64,000 nucleotides of DNA, taken from contig OZ251992.1 of the NCBI GenBank assembly GCA_965246885.1, positions 864,001 to 928,000 of the forward strand, in the 5' to 3' direction. Positions 1 to 9,964 of the stretch are shown one piece after another. The notes under the pieces are model-generated. The model did not search any database and was not told the origin of the DNA. It saw only the letters and a list, made by a program, of their open reading frames with translations. The translations under genes and the position numbers were made by a program. This DNA is from Abditibacterium sp. Its GTDB lineage: Bacteria > Armatimonadota > Abditibacteriia > Abditibacteriales > Abditibacteriaceae. Position 1 is the stretch's first letter. Each line of letters starts with the position of its first letter.

Positions 1-1767
1 GGCAAAAAGCCGATGACCCGCTACGAGTTCGCGGTCGCCATCGCCCGCATCCTCGACCGCATCCCGCCTGCCAATGCCGCTGTTGCGTTCGACCCGTCCG
101 GCTTGCAAAGCCAGATTGACGCCCTCAACAAGCGTCCCATCCCCGACATCACCCGCGCCCAAACGCAGGACTTGATCGACGCTCTGCGCCGCGAGTTCGC
201 CGACGAATTGGCCCGCCTCGATGGCCGCGTTACTGTGATCGAGAACCGCGTTGACAAGTTGGAGAACCGCGTTGCCGCGCCGCCCCGCATGACGGTCGCC
301 GCCTCGTTCCTCCACCGTCGCGGCTTCGCCAACTACATCGACGACAGCGGTAGCGCTGCTGCCATCGGCGCTAATGGGAACGTTACCTCTATTGGTCGCA
401 CCTTCTTGCGCCCGGAAGTCTCTACCGGCGAAGGTTTCACTTTGGCTAACCCGATCGACGGCACCAACTTCGTCTCGCAAAACGGCAAGGGCGTTTCGTT
501 CGACCGACGCGTGGTCAACCGCACCTTCTCCTACACGGACTTTGAAGTCCGCTTGTCGGATCGTGTTTCTGACCGCCTGAGCGTCAACGCCGCTCTCCGC
601 TCCCTCGGCTCCACTCAGGAAGATCCCTGGGTGGGCAACACCGATGGCGGCTTGTACGTCCGTGAAGCGTTCGTGTCGGCCAACTTGGGCAACACGCGCG
701 GTTTGAGCTTCGTCAAGAACTTGAGCGCCACCTTGGGCCGCCAGCGCACCAAAATCGGTTTGGGCTTGTTGTATGACAACGATTTGTCGCCTACAGATCA
801 GTTGCGCTACGACGCCAACATCGGCCCCGTCGCCCTGACTGGCTTCTTCGGCACCCAAAACAACGTTGGCCTCGGCAACGGCTTTGGCGCCAACGGCAGC
901 GACCCTTACGGCAGCCAAGGCTCCAACTTCTATCTTGACCCGGCGAAAGACGGTACCATCAACGATGTCGCCCGTCAGCGTTTAATCGGCTTCGGCACCA
1001 CTGGTGTCGCTGGCGGCGCCACTCAGTTCACGCCCATCGACGACAACGAAACCTTGGGCCGCGCTTCGCTCAACGTATTTCGCATCGCGGGCCAACCCGT
1101 TTCGGTCGGTTACTCCCGACTGCTCGACGGCTACCGCCGTCAGGCGGCGGAAAGCGGCGACTTGACCATCCCGCTCTTCAACCGAACCATTGGTTTTGAG
1201 GCCGTGCGTTCGCTTCGCACTGCCGACGGCACGAGCACCAACAACTTGGATGGCGTCGGTCGCACCCACCGCCCTGTCGCTGGTATCGTGACGGCCAACG
1301 TTCTCCGCACCAGCTACCTTGACCTGAACGCGGCTTACGGCAAAGCGGACGACAACTTCGAGTATCTCGCAGCGTCGGTCGCCAACCCCTACGCGCGCTC
1401 CTACGGCGAAGCCATCTTCGACCGCCCCGTGTTCCTCGGCGCTCCGCTTATCAACGGTTCGGGCGTCGCGGGCGAACCCGGCTTCCTCACGGCCAAAGAA
1501 GGCTACGATGTGAGCGGCACGCTCCGCATCCCGGTTTCTTTTCTGCGCCGCTTACCGCTCGACTTCCGCTACTACACCGCCCGTTCCGGTCGCTTTGTAA
1601 GCGGTGGCGTGTTGACCCGTCGCAAGTTGGGAGAGGTTTACTCCATCGGCACGACGCTCAACTTGACTCCCGGCCTCGACCTCGAAGTCAAGGGCGGCTT
1701 CTATAACCCGTCCGGTAACGCTTCCACTGTGCGCTACGTCCGCATCGGCGCCAACGTCGGCTTCTAA
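1..1767 (+). CDS. SLH-domain outer-membrane protein (OmpM/SlpA-like), 5'-truncated by the window edge
   Basis: Frame is open from base 1 (GKKPMTRYEFAVAIAR, an SLH-like motif), followed by a coiled coil (LARLDGRVTVIENRVDKLENR), a beta-rich region and a C-terminal Phe (GANVGF). Confidence 0.75.
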   Translation, partial: GKKPMTRYEFAVAIARILDRIPPANAAVAFDPSGLQSQIDALNKRPIPDITRAQTQDLIDALRREFADELARLDGRVTVIENRVDKLENRVAAPPRMTVAASFLHRRGFANYIDDSGSAAAIGANGNVTSIGRTFLRPEVSTGEGFTLANPIDGTNFVSQNGKGVSFDRRVVNRTFSYTDFEVRLSDRVSDRLSVNAALRSLGSTQEDPWVGNTDGGLYVREAFVSANLGNTRGLSFVKNLSATLGRQRTKIGLGLLYDNDLSPTDQLRYDANIGPVALTGFFGTQNNVGLGNGFGANGSDPYGSQGSNFYLDPAKDGTINDVARQRLIGFGTTGVAGGATQFTPIDDNETLGRASLNVFRIAGQPVSVGYSRLLDGYRRQAAESGDLTIPLFNRTIGFEAVRSLRTADGTSTNNLDGVGRTHRPVAGIVTANVLRTSYLDLNAAYGKADDNFEYLAASVANPYARSYGEAIFDRPVFLGAPLINGSGVAGEPGFLTAKEGYDVSGTLRIPVSFLRRLPLDFRYYTARSGRFVSGGVLTRRKLGEVYSIGTTLNLTPGLDLEVKGGFYNPSGNASTVRYVRIGANVGF

Positions 1768-1784
1768 ACGGAGCCAAGCAAGAT

Positions 1785-1822
1785 AAAGCCCCGCGACCTT
1801 TGGGTCGCGGGGCTTTGTTTTT
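1785..1822 (+). terminator. Intrinsic terminator
   Basis: AAAGCCCCGCGACC-TTTG-GGTCGCGGGGCTTT followed by GTTTTT, just after the stop at 1767. Confidence 0.85.
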
Positions 1823-1855
1823 AACCCCACCCATCCCGATAAACTGCCCGCCATT

Positions 1856-2899
1856 ATGGACGCCCAAACACCTGCTTCTTCCCCCGCCCCCGTCGCTCCG
1901 GCGCCCGCCTATCTTCCTGCGCCTAAACCGCCGCGCCGCGTCTCGCTGTTTGGGGTCTTCTTGATTCTCTGCGTGTTGGGCGTGTTGTCGCTGTTTTTGA
2001 TGGGAGCCATCGCGTCCTCTGTCGCGGCGGGACAGCCGAAAATAGGACTCATCGAAGTGTCCGGCGCCATTTCGGACGAGGGCGCGCGCGGCTTGTTCGG
2101 CGCCGGAAGCGCGGGTGGCGCGCGCGAATTCATGGCCCAGACCGCCAAAGCCGAGCGTGACGACGCCGTCAAAGCCGTCGTCATTCGCATCAACTCCCCC
2201 GGCGGTTCGGCTTCGGCCTCGCAGGAAATGTTCGAGGCCGTGCAACGGTTGCGCGCCAAAAAGCCGGTCATTTGCTCGATGGGCGACCTCGCGGCGTCGG
2301 GTGGGTATTACATCGCGGCGGGCTGCGACAAAATCTACGCTAACCCCGCGACCCTCACCGGGTCTATCGGTGTCATTTCCGAGTTTCCCAACTACGGCGA
2401 TCTCGCCCGCAAGCTGGGTGTCGGCCAAACTATCATCAAGTCCGGCAAGTTCAAGGACGCGGGCAACCCCGCCCGCCCGCTCACAGCCGAAGAGCAGCAA
2501 CTGTTTCAGGGGATGGTCAACTCCATCTTCGCCGGTTTCAAAGCCGATGTCGTGCGCGGACGGAGCAAAGCGACCGGCGGCAAACTGACCGCCGCGAAGC
2601 TGGCCGCTCTCGCAACGGGCCGGGTCTTCACCGGGCGTCAAGCCAAAGATGTCCTGCTCGTGGACGAAATCGGCGGCCTGTATGACGCCGTGCAATACGC
2701 CGCCCAAATCGGCAAAATTTCTGGCGAGCCGGAAATCAAGCCGATGGCCAGCAGTGGCGGCTTGGGCGCCCTCTTTGGCGCCTCGTCGTCATCGGGCGCC
2801 TTGGGCACGCTGTCGAACACCTTCGGCGAAAGCGTGGGACGCGGCGCCGTTAAGCAGTTCGAGGAATCGGCTCAAACAAGCGCGCCCGTGTTGAGGTGA
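1856..2899 (+). CDS. sppA: Signal peptide peptidase SppA (S49)
   Basis: N-terminal TM segment; RINSPGGS, MGDLAASGGYYIA, TLTGSIGV, KSGKFKD and TGRVFTG motifs. Confidence 0.92.
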   Translation: MDAQTPASSPAPVAPAPAYLPAPKPPRRVSLFGVFLILCVLGVLSLFLMGAIASSVAAGQPKIGLIEVSGAISDEGARGLFGAGSAGGAREFMAQTAKAERDDAVKAVVIRINSPGGSASASQEMFEAVQRLRAKKPVICSMGDLAASGGYYIAAGCDKIYANPATLTGSIGVISEFPNYGDLARKLGVGQTIIKSGKFKDAGNPARPLTAEEQQLFQGMVNSIFAGFKADVVRGRSKATGGKLTAAKLAALATGRVFTGRQAKDVLLVDEIGGLYDAVQYAAQIGKISGEPEIKPMASSGGLGALFGASSSSGALGTLSNTFGESVGRGAVKQFEESAQTSAPVLR

Positions 2900-2902
2900 A
2901 GC

Positions 2903-3760
2903 ATGCGCTCCTCTCGCTTCCCCCGTTCCAAGGCGTTGTGGACGATTCCCGTTTGGATTGCGGGCGCCACCTTGGGGGGTTACTGCCTCTCGATTGCGCG
3001 CACTCCAAGTGATAAAGTGACGGCTTGGCTGTGCATCGGGCTGAGCAGCATGATGGGGCTAACGATGATGGCGTGGGAAGTGGGGCAGAATTTTCAGGGC
3101 GAAGGCGCCGGGTGGAAAAGCGGAAGAATTGGTGGCCAAACGCGCACTGTCTGGTTATGGCCCGCTTCCAAGCTCAACATCCTGTTGGTTGTCTTCATCA
3201 TGGTTGGTGTGGGAGTCGGCTCGGTTTTGTATTTCTTCTACGGCCCTGTGGGAGCAGGTTTGCATCACTGGGAAATGGGCTTTGCGGCGCTTTTCGCGCC
3301 TGTTGCTGCCGTTGGATTGGGGTTCACTACCTTCACTAAAATAAAGGGCATCGCCCTCGTTCCCGAAGGCATTTAGTGGCTCAAGGACGCCCAAGAGGTG
3401 TTCATCCCTTGGGAAGCGATTGATTCCGCCGCCCAAGCCAGCGCGTTCATGGAAGTGGGGCATGGCATCCGAACCCGCGCGCCAGCTTTGGGCGTGCGGG
3501 TGGGGAATGTTGAAAAGGTTGTGTGCTTACGCAGTAGCGCGCCGCCGAAACCGGCCCTGCGCGCTTCGTGGAGCCAGTCACGCCGCGAAACGGGCTACGA
3601 ATTGACGTATCTCGAAGAGGCGCTCATCCTGCCGTCCAAGCAAGCCGAGTTTCTTTTGCGCTATTTCATAGAGAACCCGCGCGCGCGGCGCGAACTGAGT
3701 GCAGGCGAAACCTCGCTCGGCTTCTTGGAAACGCTGCTCCATGACGCCCGCCGGGAGTAG
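2903..3760 (+). pseudogene. Membrane protein apparently interrupted by an in-frame TAG at 3374-3376
   Basis: ORFs 2903-3376 and 3398-3760 share a frame; reading through gives ALVPEGI*WLKDAQEVFIPWEAI, which looks like one continuous domain. Confidence 0.55.
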
Positions 3761-3801
3761 GCAGAAAGGGGGGCGGCGCGGCTTAAACTGCTGCTCAGTT
3801 C

Positions 3802-6543
3802 ATGTCCAAATTGCTCCTCATTGACGGGTACTCTCTCCTTTACCGCGCCTTCTTTTCGTCGCCGCCGTTTTCGACTTCGCGCGGCGAGCCGACCGGCGCG
3901 CTGTATGGCTTCATTCGGATGGTCACGCGCCTCTTGGATGAGAACGCGCCGGATTATGTCGTCGTGGCGTTCGATCCGCCCGGCGGCACGTTCCGGCACG
4001 AGGCTGACGCGACTTATAAGGCGCAGCGCTCCGATGCGCCAGACGACCTCAAAATCCAGCAGCGTTTAGTGCGCGATTTGCTCGATGGCCTGTCCATTCC
4101 GCGCTACGAGCACAAAGGGTTTGAGGCCGACGACGTCATCGGCACGCTCGCCAAGATGGGCGAAGCGCGCGGGCAGGACGTGCTCATCGTCACCGGCGAC
4201 GGCGACCAACTGCAACTGGCGACCGACCGCGTGCAAGTCCTCCTCACGCGCAAAGGCGTGTCCGAATTGGAAGCTTACCGCCCCGCGCAAGTCGTCGAAC
4301 GGTACGGATTCGAGCCGCAGTATGTGCCCGACTTCAAGGGCTTAAAGGGCGACGCGAGCGACAACATTCCCGGCATCCCCGGCATCGGCGACAAGACCGC
4401 GTCCGCCCTGCTCCAAAAGTTCGGCTCGTTAGACGGCATCTACGAACACTTGGACGAAGTGGCGCCGCCGCGCATCCAAGGGCTGCTCCGCGAGCATCAA
4501 GCGCAGGCCTTCCACTCGCGCACGATGGCGACCATCGTGACCGATTTGCCCGTCGAAGCCGCGCCGGAAGACTTCAAATACGACCCGTTCGACCCGGAAA
4601 AGCGCCGCAAAGCCGCCGAAACCGCGCGCCATTTCGAGTTCAAGTCGCTCGCCGCCCGGTATCAAACGCCCGTCGAAGCCGCGAACCGACCCGCGCCCGT
4701 CGCGGCGCAAGAATTCGACTTCGCGCTCGAAGAAACCGACGCTCCCGACGCGGCGCGCGCGTGGATTAGGAAACAGAAGAACGCCCCCATCGCTTTCGCC
4801 CTTTTTGTGGATGGCCCGATGCTCGCCCGCGACGGGAAGGTGCTGCGCTTCGCGGGGCCAGTCGCCGAACTGGGCGCGTTTCTCGCCGACCCAAAGGCGC
4901 CGAAGATTGTGCATGACGAGAAATCGCTCCTGCGCGCGCTCTCGCAACTGCCCGCCGCCAATACATCCGAACCGTCGCTATTCGACGAGCCGGAAGTGGA
5001 CGGGCAGGGCGTCGAACTGCGCGGCGTCGTGGCCGACACCATGCTGATGGCGTGGCTGTTGGAACCGACCAAACAAGCGCCCCCCATCGAACACGTCGCG
5101 CAAAAGTTCCTGCGCTACTCGCTCCCGCCGCTCCCCGAAGCCCCGAAAAAGCGCGGTAAAAACGCGAGCCTGTTCGAGGATGGGCCAGACGAGGCCGCCA
5201 TCCATGCGCGGCGCAAACACGAAGCGGCGAGCGTCGCCGTCACCGCCGAACTCGAACCCGTCCTGCGGCAAGAGTTGGACGACATCGGCGCGACCGTGTT
5301 GCTCGAAGAGTTGGAATTACCGCTCGTGCCGGTGCTTTCGGGCATGGAGCGCGTCGGGATGCAACTCGACCCGCAGCCTCTGCGCGAGTTGGGGAAGAAG
5401 TTGGAAGTGGACATCGCGCGCTTGCAAGGTGAAGTGTGGACGCTGGCGGGCCGCGAGTTCGCCATCGGCTCGCCCAAGCAATTGCAGGAAGTCCTCTTCC
5501 AAGAACTCAAGCTCGACACGGGCCGCAAGAACAAGTCCGGCGGCTTCACCACCGACGCCTTCGCGCTCGAAAAGCTGGCCGAAGACCACGAAATCGCGCG
5601 CAAAGTCATCGAGTGGCGCCAAGCGAGCAAGCTGCAAACCACCTACGTCGAGGCGCTCTTGAAACTAATGGAGCCGAAGTCGCACCGCATCCATTCGACG
5701 CTCAACCAAACTGGCGCCGTGACGGGGCGCCTTTCTTCCAGCGAGCCGAACCTGCAAAACGTGCCGATTCGCACCGAACAGGGCCGCCTCATCCGCAAAG
5801 CGTTCGTCGCGCCCGAAGGCAAGGTGATTCTCTCCGCCGACTACTCGCAGATCGAACTGCGCATCCTCGCGCACATCACGGCTGATGCGCCGCTTGTGGA
5901 CGCTTTCCAGAACGGTGAGGACGTTCACGCCCGCACCGCGTCTGCTCTGTTTGGCGTGGACATCAAAACCGTTGACCGCGAACAGCGCCGCCTCGCCAAG
6001 ATGACCAACTACGCCATCGCCTACGGCGTGTCGGGGTTTGGCCTCGCCAAGCAATTAGGCGGCGGCATGAACGCGGGCGACGCGGCGGGCTTTATCAAGA
6101 CTTACTTCGAGACTCTGCCGGGCGTCAAAAAATATATAGACGACACCCTCGAAGAGGGCCGCAAGCGCGGCTACGTCGAAACCCTGATGGGACGCCGCCG
6201 CCCGATGCCCGACCTCAATGCCAACGCCTTTCAAGTCCGCTCCGCCGCCGAGCGCACTGCCATCAACCACCCCATCCAAGGGACAAGCGCCGACATCATG
6301 AAAATGGCGATGATCGGCATCGCTGCCGAACTGCGCGCGCGCGGCTTGGCGTCGCAACTCACGATGCAAGTCCACGACGAACTCGTTTTTGAAGTGCCCG
6401 AAGCGGAGATCGAAGAAGTCACGGCTCTGGTCAAAGACATCATGGCCCGCACACCCGTCGAACGCCTCCAACTGCGCGTGCCGTTGCTGGCAGAAGTGGG
6501 AACAGGGCCGAATTGGGAGGACACGAAGGAGGGGAAGGAGTAG
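3802..6543 (+). CDS. polA: DNA polymerase I
   Basis: LLLIDGYSLLYRAF and FEADDVIGTLA (5'-3' exonuclease); TGRLSSSEPNLQN, SADYSQIELRILAH and QVHDELVFE (polymerase). Confidence 0.98.
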   Translation: MSKLLLIDGYSLLYRAFFSSPPFSTSRGEPTGALYGFIRMVTRLLDENAPDYVVVAFDPPGGTFRHEADATYKAQRSDAPDDLKIQQRLVRDLLDGLSIPRYEHKGFEADDVIGTLAKMGEARGQDVLIVTGDGDQLQLATDRVQVLLTRKGVSELEAYRPAQVVERYGFEPQYVPDFKGLKGDASDNIPGIPGIGDKTASALLQKFGSLDGIYEHLDEVAPPRIQGLLREHQAQAFHSRTMATIVTDLPVEAAPEDFKYDPFDPEKRRKAAETARHFEFKSLAARYQTPVEAANRPAPVAAQEFDFALEETDAPDAARAWIRKQKNAPIAFALFVDGPMLARDGKVLRFAGPVAELGAFLADPKAPKIVHDEKSLLRALSQLPAANTSEPSLFDEPEVDGQGVELRGVVADTMLMAWLLEPTKQAPPIEHVAQKFLRYSLPPLPEAPKKRGKNASLFEDGPDEAAIHARRKHEAASVAVTAELEPVLRQELDDIGATVLLEELELPLVPVLSGMERVGMQLDPQPLRELGKKLEVDIARLQGEVWTLAGREFAIGSPKQLQEVLFQELKLDTGRKNKSGGFTTDAFALEKLAEDHEIARKVIEWRQASKLQTTYVEALLKLMEPKSHRIHSTLNQTGAVTGRLSSSEPNLQNVPIRTEQGRLIRKAFVAPEGKVILSADYSQIELRILAHITADAPLVDAFQNGEDVHARTASALFGVDIKTVDREQRRLAKMTNYAIAYGVSGFGLAKQLGGGMNAGDAAGFIKTYFETLPGVKKYIDDTLEEGRKRGYVETLMGRRRPMPDLNANAFQVRSAAERTAINHPIQGTSADIMKMAMIGIAAELRARGLASQLTMQVHDELVFEVPEAEIEEVTALVKDIMARTPVERLQLRVPLLAEVGTGPNWEDTKEGKE

Positions 6544-6578
6544 GGGTGGGGAATCTCAAAGCCGTTGTGTGATGAGAG

Positions 6579-7220
6579 TCACCACATCCACGCTTTGCGC
6601 TCCATCAGCATCTCGATAACCTCTTGCGAGGCCCGATGTCCCGGCGACAAAGTTGCCGCCATGCTCGCCTCGTGAAAGATGGTGTAGCCGTCACGGTCGT
6701 AAGCGTTCACGTCGGCGCCCGCTGCGATGAAAAACTTTGCCAGACGGGGCGAAACCAGATGGTAAGTCCCCGATGTTTCGACGGCTAACCGAAGCGGAGT
6801 TTGCCCCTGTGCGTCTCGCGCGTTGATGTCCGCGCCCAAGCGAACCAACTCTTGAGCGGCTTCGAGGGCATCCCACTCAATCGTGAAGTGAAGCGGAGTG
6901 AATAGCTCAGAAATGTGAATGGGCGGGCGCACAAATCTACTGCCATCCTTTAAAGGCGGCGCGTATACGAAAACGGTTCCCGGACAATGGGCATCCAAAT
7001 CGCCGCCCGCTTCCGCAAGCAGACGAATGAGGTTTGGCCGATTGAAAGAGGCGGCGCTATGGAGTGGTTTGAAGCCGTGCGCGTCGTCCACGTTTGGCGA
7101 AACACCTTCCGTCAACAAGCGCAATACGTCGCTTTCATCGTTCGCTTTGATAGCAGCGAAAAGCGCCAGAACATCGGGCGGCAAATCGGGAGCGGGCGGA
7201 TGGCGCGGCTTGCGGCTCAT
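6579..7220 (-). CDS. Ankyrin repeat protein
   Basis: Ankyrin-like repeats GFKPLHSAA, TPLHF, GADINARDAQGQTPL and GADVNAYD. Confidence 0.85.
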   Translation of the reverse strand: MSRKPRHPPAPDLPPDVLALFAAIKANDESDVLRLLTEGVSPNVDDAHGFKPLHSAASFNRPNLIRLLAEAGGDLDAHCPGTVFVYAPPLKDGSRFVRPPIHISELFTPLHFTIEWDALEAAQELVRLGADINARDAQGQTPLRLAVETSGTYHLVSPRLAKFFIAAGADVNAYDRDGYTIFHEASMAATLSPGHRASQEVIEMLMERKAWMW

Positions 7221-7249
7221 GTGGAAAGTGAACCAGAAACTGACGACGG

Positions 7250-7337
7250 GAGGAATCTGTCGCGCCCGTCGCTCGGTGGCAAATGGGCCGGAGCTACGAG
7301 GTTCCCTGTCGCCAAGGCTCCCCTCGGAATGACAGCG
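7250..7337. repeat. Truncated copy of the 46021-46143 palindromic element
   Basis: 7308-7337 GTCGCCAAGGCTCCCCTCGGAATGACAGCG is identical to 46114-46143; only GAGGAATCT remains of the left arm. Confidence 0.8.
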
Positions 7338-7424
7338 CGCGGCTCGGTTGGCAACGCCCTCCTCCCGACGCGACTGCCGCTTTCATCCGCGCGGCAAACC
7401 GGATAATTCGAGAGACTAACCGCC

Positions 7425-7607
7425 ATGCGCGAACTCCTTGGCAAAGCCATCTTAATCGGCATCTCGGCGGTGCTGGGCTTTTTCGTCGGCAACGAATTTT
7501 ATATGGTCGCCGGGTTTCCCTTTGCCTGCGCGCACCTCATTTCCCTGCTGACGACGGTTGGCATCGCGTGGTTTTTGCTGAGCGAAAGCAAGCCGCGTCG
7601 CCGTTGA
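7425..7607 (+). CDS. Small two-TM membrane protein
   Basis: 60 aa with two hydrophobic segments. Confidence 0.55.
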   Translation: MRELLGKAILIGISAVLGFFVGNEFYMVAGFPFACAHLISLLTTVGIAWFLLSESKPRRR

Positions 7608-7695
7608 GCGCCTAAGCCGCAATTGCTGCCATCCATCAAGAGAGGGCAACAACGTTATATTTGAATGGCGGGCCGACTTCCGCGCGGTTACTCCT

Positions 7696-9297
7696 TTGAT
7701 GAAGCACTCTTTTCTGCCCTTCGTGTTGTTGCTGGCGTCGTCCGCGTGGGCGAAGCCGGTTCTCGTGGAAGTGGCTCCCGCCGAGGGGGGCGCGTATGTG
7801 GCGCCGGACAGCGTGTTCGCGCGGGAAATCGTGAAGTTGAACGCGGCGGTGGCGGCCAATCCCCAAGACGGTTTTTCGCTTGCGTGGCGCGCGGTGCAGT
7901 GGGCCAAGTGCAACGAGATATTTCGGCGCAGTGGCCCGCAAGACGCGCCGGTCTACACGCCAGACGCCGCGTTTTGGGAGGCCCACATGAACGCGGATAT
8001 TGAACAGGCGGCGGCGGTCGCGCCCACTAATCCGCTCTCGTTTTCGGTGGCGGCGATGGCGTATCAAATTGCGGCGGCGCGCGAGATACGCGCAAGCGTC
8101 GAAGACCCGCACCCGGCACCCGAAGCGGCGCGGTTGCGGCAAAAACTGGCACTTTACGACCGGAAACTGGAAGCGGTGTGGGCTACGGACACCAAATTGG
8201 GCGACCGCAACGTGGCGGGCGTGCGGTGTTGGTGGTTGTTGAAATACGTCGAGCAGACCGCGCAAGAAGCGTCGCAAGAGCAGACTTTCGCGCTACTGGG
8301 CGCCATAAACGCGGCGCAAAAGAGCGCGCCGGATGACCCGATGGCAGCGCTGTGTCGCGGCATCGGACTCGTGACGTGGGGCACTACGCCCGCCATTCGC
8401 GCCGCCGCCGCGCCCGAAATTGAGACCACCATCGCGGCTTTCGCCGCCAAAGACCCGCAGCAGACCTTCGACAACCTGTGCCGCATTGGGCGGCTGTTGA
8501 GCCTGCACAACCACGAGGCCGCCATGCGTTGGCTGATTCGGGCCAACGGCATCGCGGGCGCCAAGCCAACCGCCGACAGCCTGTTGCTCGCTTACGAACT
8601 CGGCCCGACGCCAGAGGAGTTAACCGCCAAAAAAGCCTCGGCTATCGAGAAGTTCGTGTTCGGGCTGTCGCCGTATTTCGAGCCGTCGCCCCTGCGTTCG
8701 CAGAGATTGAATTTGCTCGAACGGTTGGCGAGTTGGAAGGCGGGCAAAGGTGACTTCAAGGGCGCGTTCGAGGCGCGGCAAGCGGCGTGTTTGGGGGGCG
8801 GCAAACTCGGAAACTGGGCCGAAGCGGGCGACATGCAATACCACTTGCACGACTATCGCGCCGCCGCCAACTACTACGAGACCTTCGCGCTCGACAGCCC
8901 GAAGTGCGTCGCGGGGCGCGGCATCGAACTGGACATCGGCTTCGTGTTGGCGATGGGCGACGGCACTAAAGCCGAAACAGACGCCTATCTCGCCGCCATT
9001 GGCAACTACGAGGGGAGTGTCCTCAAGAATCACGGGGATCTCGTGGCATGGCAAGAAGCGCAACTCGAAGAGGGAGACTGGGGCTACAAGAACCCGACTT
9101 TGCAAAGTGTGGCGGCGGCCATTGACGCCCATTTAAAGGAAGCGCCTTACGCTGCGCTTTATCCCGACACGCCGCTTCGCGCGCGCGTGTCGGATGAGCG
9201 CGACCACTTCCGCCAATACGCGCCGCGCATCCCGGCGGACGCCGGAATGGGCGTTTTCATCGTGCGCCGGACGCCCCAAACGCCGGGGCGGGCGTGA
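7696..9297 (+). CDS. Secreted helical (TPR-like) hypothetical protein
   Basis: Signal peptide MKHSFLPFVLLLASSAWA; 533-aa Ala-rich helical ORF. Confidence 0.7.
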   Translation: MMKHSFLPFVLLLASSAWAKPVLVEVAPAEGGAYVAPDSVFAREIVKLNAAVAANPQDGFSLAWRAVQWAKCNEIFRRSGPQDAPVYTPDAAFWEAHMNADIEQAAAVAPTNPLSFSVAAMAYQIAAAREIRASVEDPHPAPEAARLRQKLALYDRKLEAVWATDTKLGDRNVAGVRCWWLLKYVEQTAQEASQEQTFALLGAINAAQKSAPDDPMAALCRGIGLVTWGTTPAIRAAAAPEIETTIAAFAAKDPQQTFDNLCRIGRLLSLHNHEAAMRWLIRANGIAGAKPTADSLLLAYELGPTPEELTAKKASAIEKFVFGLSPYFEPSPLRSQRLNLLERLASWKAGKGDFKGAFEARQAACLGGGKLGNWAEAGDMQYHLHDYRAAANYYETFALDSPKCVAGRGIELDIGFVLAMGDGTKAETDAYLAAIGNYEGSVLKNHGDLVAWQEAQLEEGDWGYKNPTLQSVAAAIDAHLKEAPYAALYPDTPLRARVSDERDHFRQYAPRIPADAGMGVFIVRRTPQTPGRA

Positions 9298-9324
9298 GGC
9301 GCGGCGGCGCAAATAGAACAACCG

Positions 9325-9744
9325 ATGAAAATTTTAGCCGAGCGCGAGGACGTTTTGGGGTTTGTGCGCGAGTGGATTAACCTGCTGGCGGAGCAGAAAT
9401 TCGAGGAGGCGTTCGAGGCGTTGATGCCTTCCAATTGGGGCTTCTCGCCGCAAATTCTCCAACAACTGACGGCGAATTATGGGCAGTTGGAGCCGAGACC
9501 CGATGGTTTGACTTTTCGGGTCACGCCTCCAGAGTCGGCCATTTGTCCCGAAGGCCGCGCGAAGCCTCATCAAGATGTCAAATGGGATGAGAGAACCTTT
9601 GTGCGCGAAAAGAGTGTGGTTGTGGGCGATGTTCACTTCGACTTGCCGCTTAATGGCGAGTGGAGCGACCTGCCGGCGGTGTTTTTCATTCATGCCGTCG
9701 AGGGCGGATACGCGTTGGAATTGGAGCGAATCGAAGTTTTGTGA
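9325..9744 (+). CDS. Hypothetical protein
   Basis: 139-aa ORF with ordinary globular composition (VHFDLPLNGEWSDL). Confidence 0.65.
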   Translation: MKILAEREDVLGFVREWINLLAEQKFEEAFEALMPSNWGFSPQILQQLTANYGQLEPRPDGLTFRVTPPESAICPEGRAKPHQDVKWDERTFVREKSVVVGDVHFDLPLNGEWSDLPAVFFIHAVEGGYALELERIEVL

Positions 9745-9964
9745 GTGGGCATGAACAGAGAGTTCGGCAGAAAATGCCAAAATGCGGCCCGTTTAGGCGT
9801 TTTTCGGTTGCGCCGCGCGGGTGTGGGTGCTAAAATTCCAGAGGTTTTCCCCGTTTTTGCCCCCAAGGTCGTCGTTTGTCTTCTTTTAGAAGGGTTGCGT
9901 GCGGGCGGAGGAAATCGAAGTCCCACAAAGTCGCGCTCTTTCGGGGCGCGCAACCCAAGGAGCT

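Noticed and set aside
3374..3376. Genome-wide amber recoding or pyrrolysine
   Set aside because: polA and rpsL end normally at TAG and no pyl genes are seen.
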